Shown here one piece after another: positions 62,374-64,000 of a DNA stretch of 64,000 nt (position 1 is its first letter; every line of letters begins with the position of its first letter). This stretch comes from Nitrospinales bacterium (GTDB lineage: Bacteria; Nitrospinota; Nitrospinia; Nitrospinales; VA-1), in NCBI GenBank assembly GCA_965262115.1, contig OZ253496.1:2240001-2304000 (forward strand). The letters are read 5' to 3'. The notes beneath the pieces were generated by a model. That model was given only the letters and a program-made list of their open reading frames with translations, did not search any database and was not told where the DNA came from. A program made the translations under genes and the position numbers.

Positions 62374-62526
62374 CATTTTATGGCGAGCAAAGAGTTATCT
62401 CGGCTTAATCAAGCCTTGGCCAGTTGCCTCCACGGTTAGCCGGGATATTGCATGAATGAACATTTACATAAGTGACTTTTTCTAACCAATAAAGCTATTG
62501 CTAATTTACTACCGGGCGTTGCCCGG
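62345..62526. repeat. Structured repeat family B, copy 2
   Basis: CCACTCGGCGTGGGGCCA ... AGCAATAAC/GCTATTGCT stem ... CCGGGCGTTGCCCGG. Confidence 0.75.
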
Positions 62527-62540
62527 CGTCGAGTGGGGGA

Positions 62541-63356
62541 TTAAAGATAGGTGTCGAGCAACTCTTTCCTTTTCTGGTCATATTCTTTTTCATCGATCAG
62601 GTTTTTCTCATGCAGGTTTTTGAGAAACTGAAGTTTCTCCTCCAGAGCGGGGTCAGGGCTTTTTGCGGGTGAGTTGCCTTTATTTACAGGTGCCCTTGAT
62701 AGAGCTTTCGTTTTATTTTTGGAAGATTGGGGGCTTTTCTGTTTGATATTTTTCTGCTGGGTAATTCTTTTCTTTTTCGAGGGAACCAACTTGGTAATGA
62801 TCCAGTTTTCCTGAGCCTGGGTTCCCAGAAGTTTGTGGACCGCATGATACTCTTGGCCTGACTGCGGAACCATTCGCCAATTGGTATTTCCAAAACTGGT
62901 ATAAGAGCGCCCGGAAAACGCCATCCCTTTAATTGAATCGAACCGCCAGTGAATGTATTTACCGTCCGCGAAGATATCTCCCGCAGTAGTTCCTCTGGGA
63001 GTCTCAAGTTCATAGTGAATGATTTTATGGTTTGGGACGCGCTGGATGGCTTTCGTGAGCAGTCGTCCAATGCGATCTAGATCCTGTGCAATAAATACGG
63101 TTTTTTTCTTGCCGAACAGAGACAGTTCTTCAAAGACCAGGGATTTTAGATACCTCCTAACGTCCACCTCCGATAAATTGACCGGATGGCTGAGTTGCAT
63201 TTTGTTGACAGGAGACCCTGCGGCAGATTTGTCCTTATAAGAGAGGGTGAACCCTTTGGTTTTGAGCTTTTTCTCCTTGGTCATCGCACAGCCTGAAACC
63301 AGCCCAAAGACCAAAGTCATGGTGATAATTAAAATTAGGTGTCGATGATGTTTCAT
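62541..63356 (-). CDS. Lipoprotein with C-terminal SHOCT domain
   Basis: VSGC lipobox; C-terminal EEKL..LK.L.EK.LI.EKEY..KRKELL. Confidence 0.85.
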   Translation of the reverse strand: MKHHRHLILIITMTLVFGLVSGCAMTKEKKLKTKGFTLSYKDKSAAGSPVNKMQLSHPVNLSEVDVRRYLKSLVFEELSLFGKKKTVFIAQDLDRIGRLLTKAIQRVPNHKIIHYELETPRGTTAGDIFADGKYIHWRFDSIKGMAFSGRSYTSFGNTNWRMVPQSGQEYHAVHKLLGTQAQENWIITKLVPSKKKRITQQKNIKQKSPQSSKNKTKALSRAPVNKGNSPAKSPDPALEEKLQFLKNLHEKNLIDEKEYDQKRKELLDTYL

Positions 63357-63384
63357 GATTGCCAGTCAAAAAGCAAGTGAGGGG

Positions 63385-63945
63385 TCATAGCTTCCGCGCG
63401 ACCAGCGAGGCGAATGCTTTGAGATTCTCATCCACTTCCCGGTATCTTAAAATATGAAAATCGCTAAATGCCTGAAGCAATTCGTTAGCCTCCAAGACCC
63501 ATTCTTTTTTGAAACTGCTGTATTTCAGGTAGTCGAGGGTAAAGGTTTCGTAAAAAAGTAAACCGCCTGGCTTTAGTGTCTGGCGGATTCCCGAAAACAG
63601 CTTGCGATCCAGAAAGTTGAAACAGAGAACCAGATCGTATTCATTTTCCTTAAGAGAGTTATTATCCAGATCGGCGAGAACTGTTGTAATCTTAGCGTTT
63701 TTTTCCTGCGCCAGAGTCTGAGCTTTTCGTAAACCATTTTCTGATATGTCGAGGCAAGTGACTTCATAACCTTTACTGGCGGCAAAAACGGAATTCCTTC
63801 CTTCGCCGCCGGCGATGTCCAGGGCTTTTCCGTTTTGGTCCAGAAGCCCGGCGTTTTCTTCAATCCAGCCACTGGGTTCTTTGCCGGTTATGTATTCGTC
63901 GGCGTCGTATTTACTGTCCCATTTTTCTTTATCTTTCAAAGACAT
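63385..63945 (-). CDS. Class I SAM-dependent methyltransferase (TehB-like)
   Basis: KW..KY, ALDIAGGEGRNS and LKPGGLL.YETF motifs. Confidence 0.85.
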   Translation of the reverse strand: MSLKDKEKWDSKYDADEYITGKEPSGWIEENAGLLDQNGKALDIAGGEGRNSVFAASKGYEVTCLDISENGLRKAQTLAQEKNAKITTVLADLDNNSLKENEYDLVLCFNFLDRKLFSGIRQTLKPGGLLFYETFTLDYLKYSSFKKEWVLEANELLQAFSDFHILRYREVDENLKAFASLVARKL

Positions 63946-64000
63946 GCGAGTTTTCCTGGGGCTGGATTTGTCCTTGGAATCATTGTATAATGCGGTCAAA

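Noticed and set aside
62401..62490. HDV-like ribozyme suggested by GCCTCCACGGT...CTAAC
   Set aside because: L3 would be too short, P1 and P2 pair poorly, and the motif is not present in the other family B copies.

Overview
This is a 64 kb bacterial chromosomal window of moderate GC. The gene repertoire is reminiscent of Nitrospinota/Nitrospina-like bacteria, which is my inference and is not proven. The core content is ilvE-fmdB-ntrB-ntrC, tRNA-Lys/Glu/Ala, a large surface-polysaccharide region with an AT-rich island bounded by IS scars, an RND efflux pair, two cold-shock genes, rpsU, coaX, aroK, alkA, an MMPL transporter and three LRR proteins. A type IIG/Eco57I-like restriction-modification gene lies tail-to-tail with a HEPN (TIGR02391/Ymh-like) gene. 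The region is strongly decayed, with about 9 pseudogenes or deletion scars. The most striking unannotated signal is a nested hierarchy of tiny mobile elements. First, a MITE family (15-bp TIR GAGACCTTTGCRTAA, 9-bp TSD, 4 copies), one copy of which reads through in frame inside a wzy-like ORF. Second, a 39-40 bp hairpin micro-element that inserts into those MITEs and other repeats without a TSD. Third, an IS110 element whose right end sits in the hairpin loop of that micro-element. Also notable are an isolated CRISPR-like 34 bp repeat / 43 bp spacer / 34 bp repeat duplication at a gene start, a 130-185 bp structured repeat family, a probable ATT start for coaX, and an apparently circularly permuted DUF4254 protein. 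All protein family calls come from motif recognition by eye, with no database searches.
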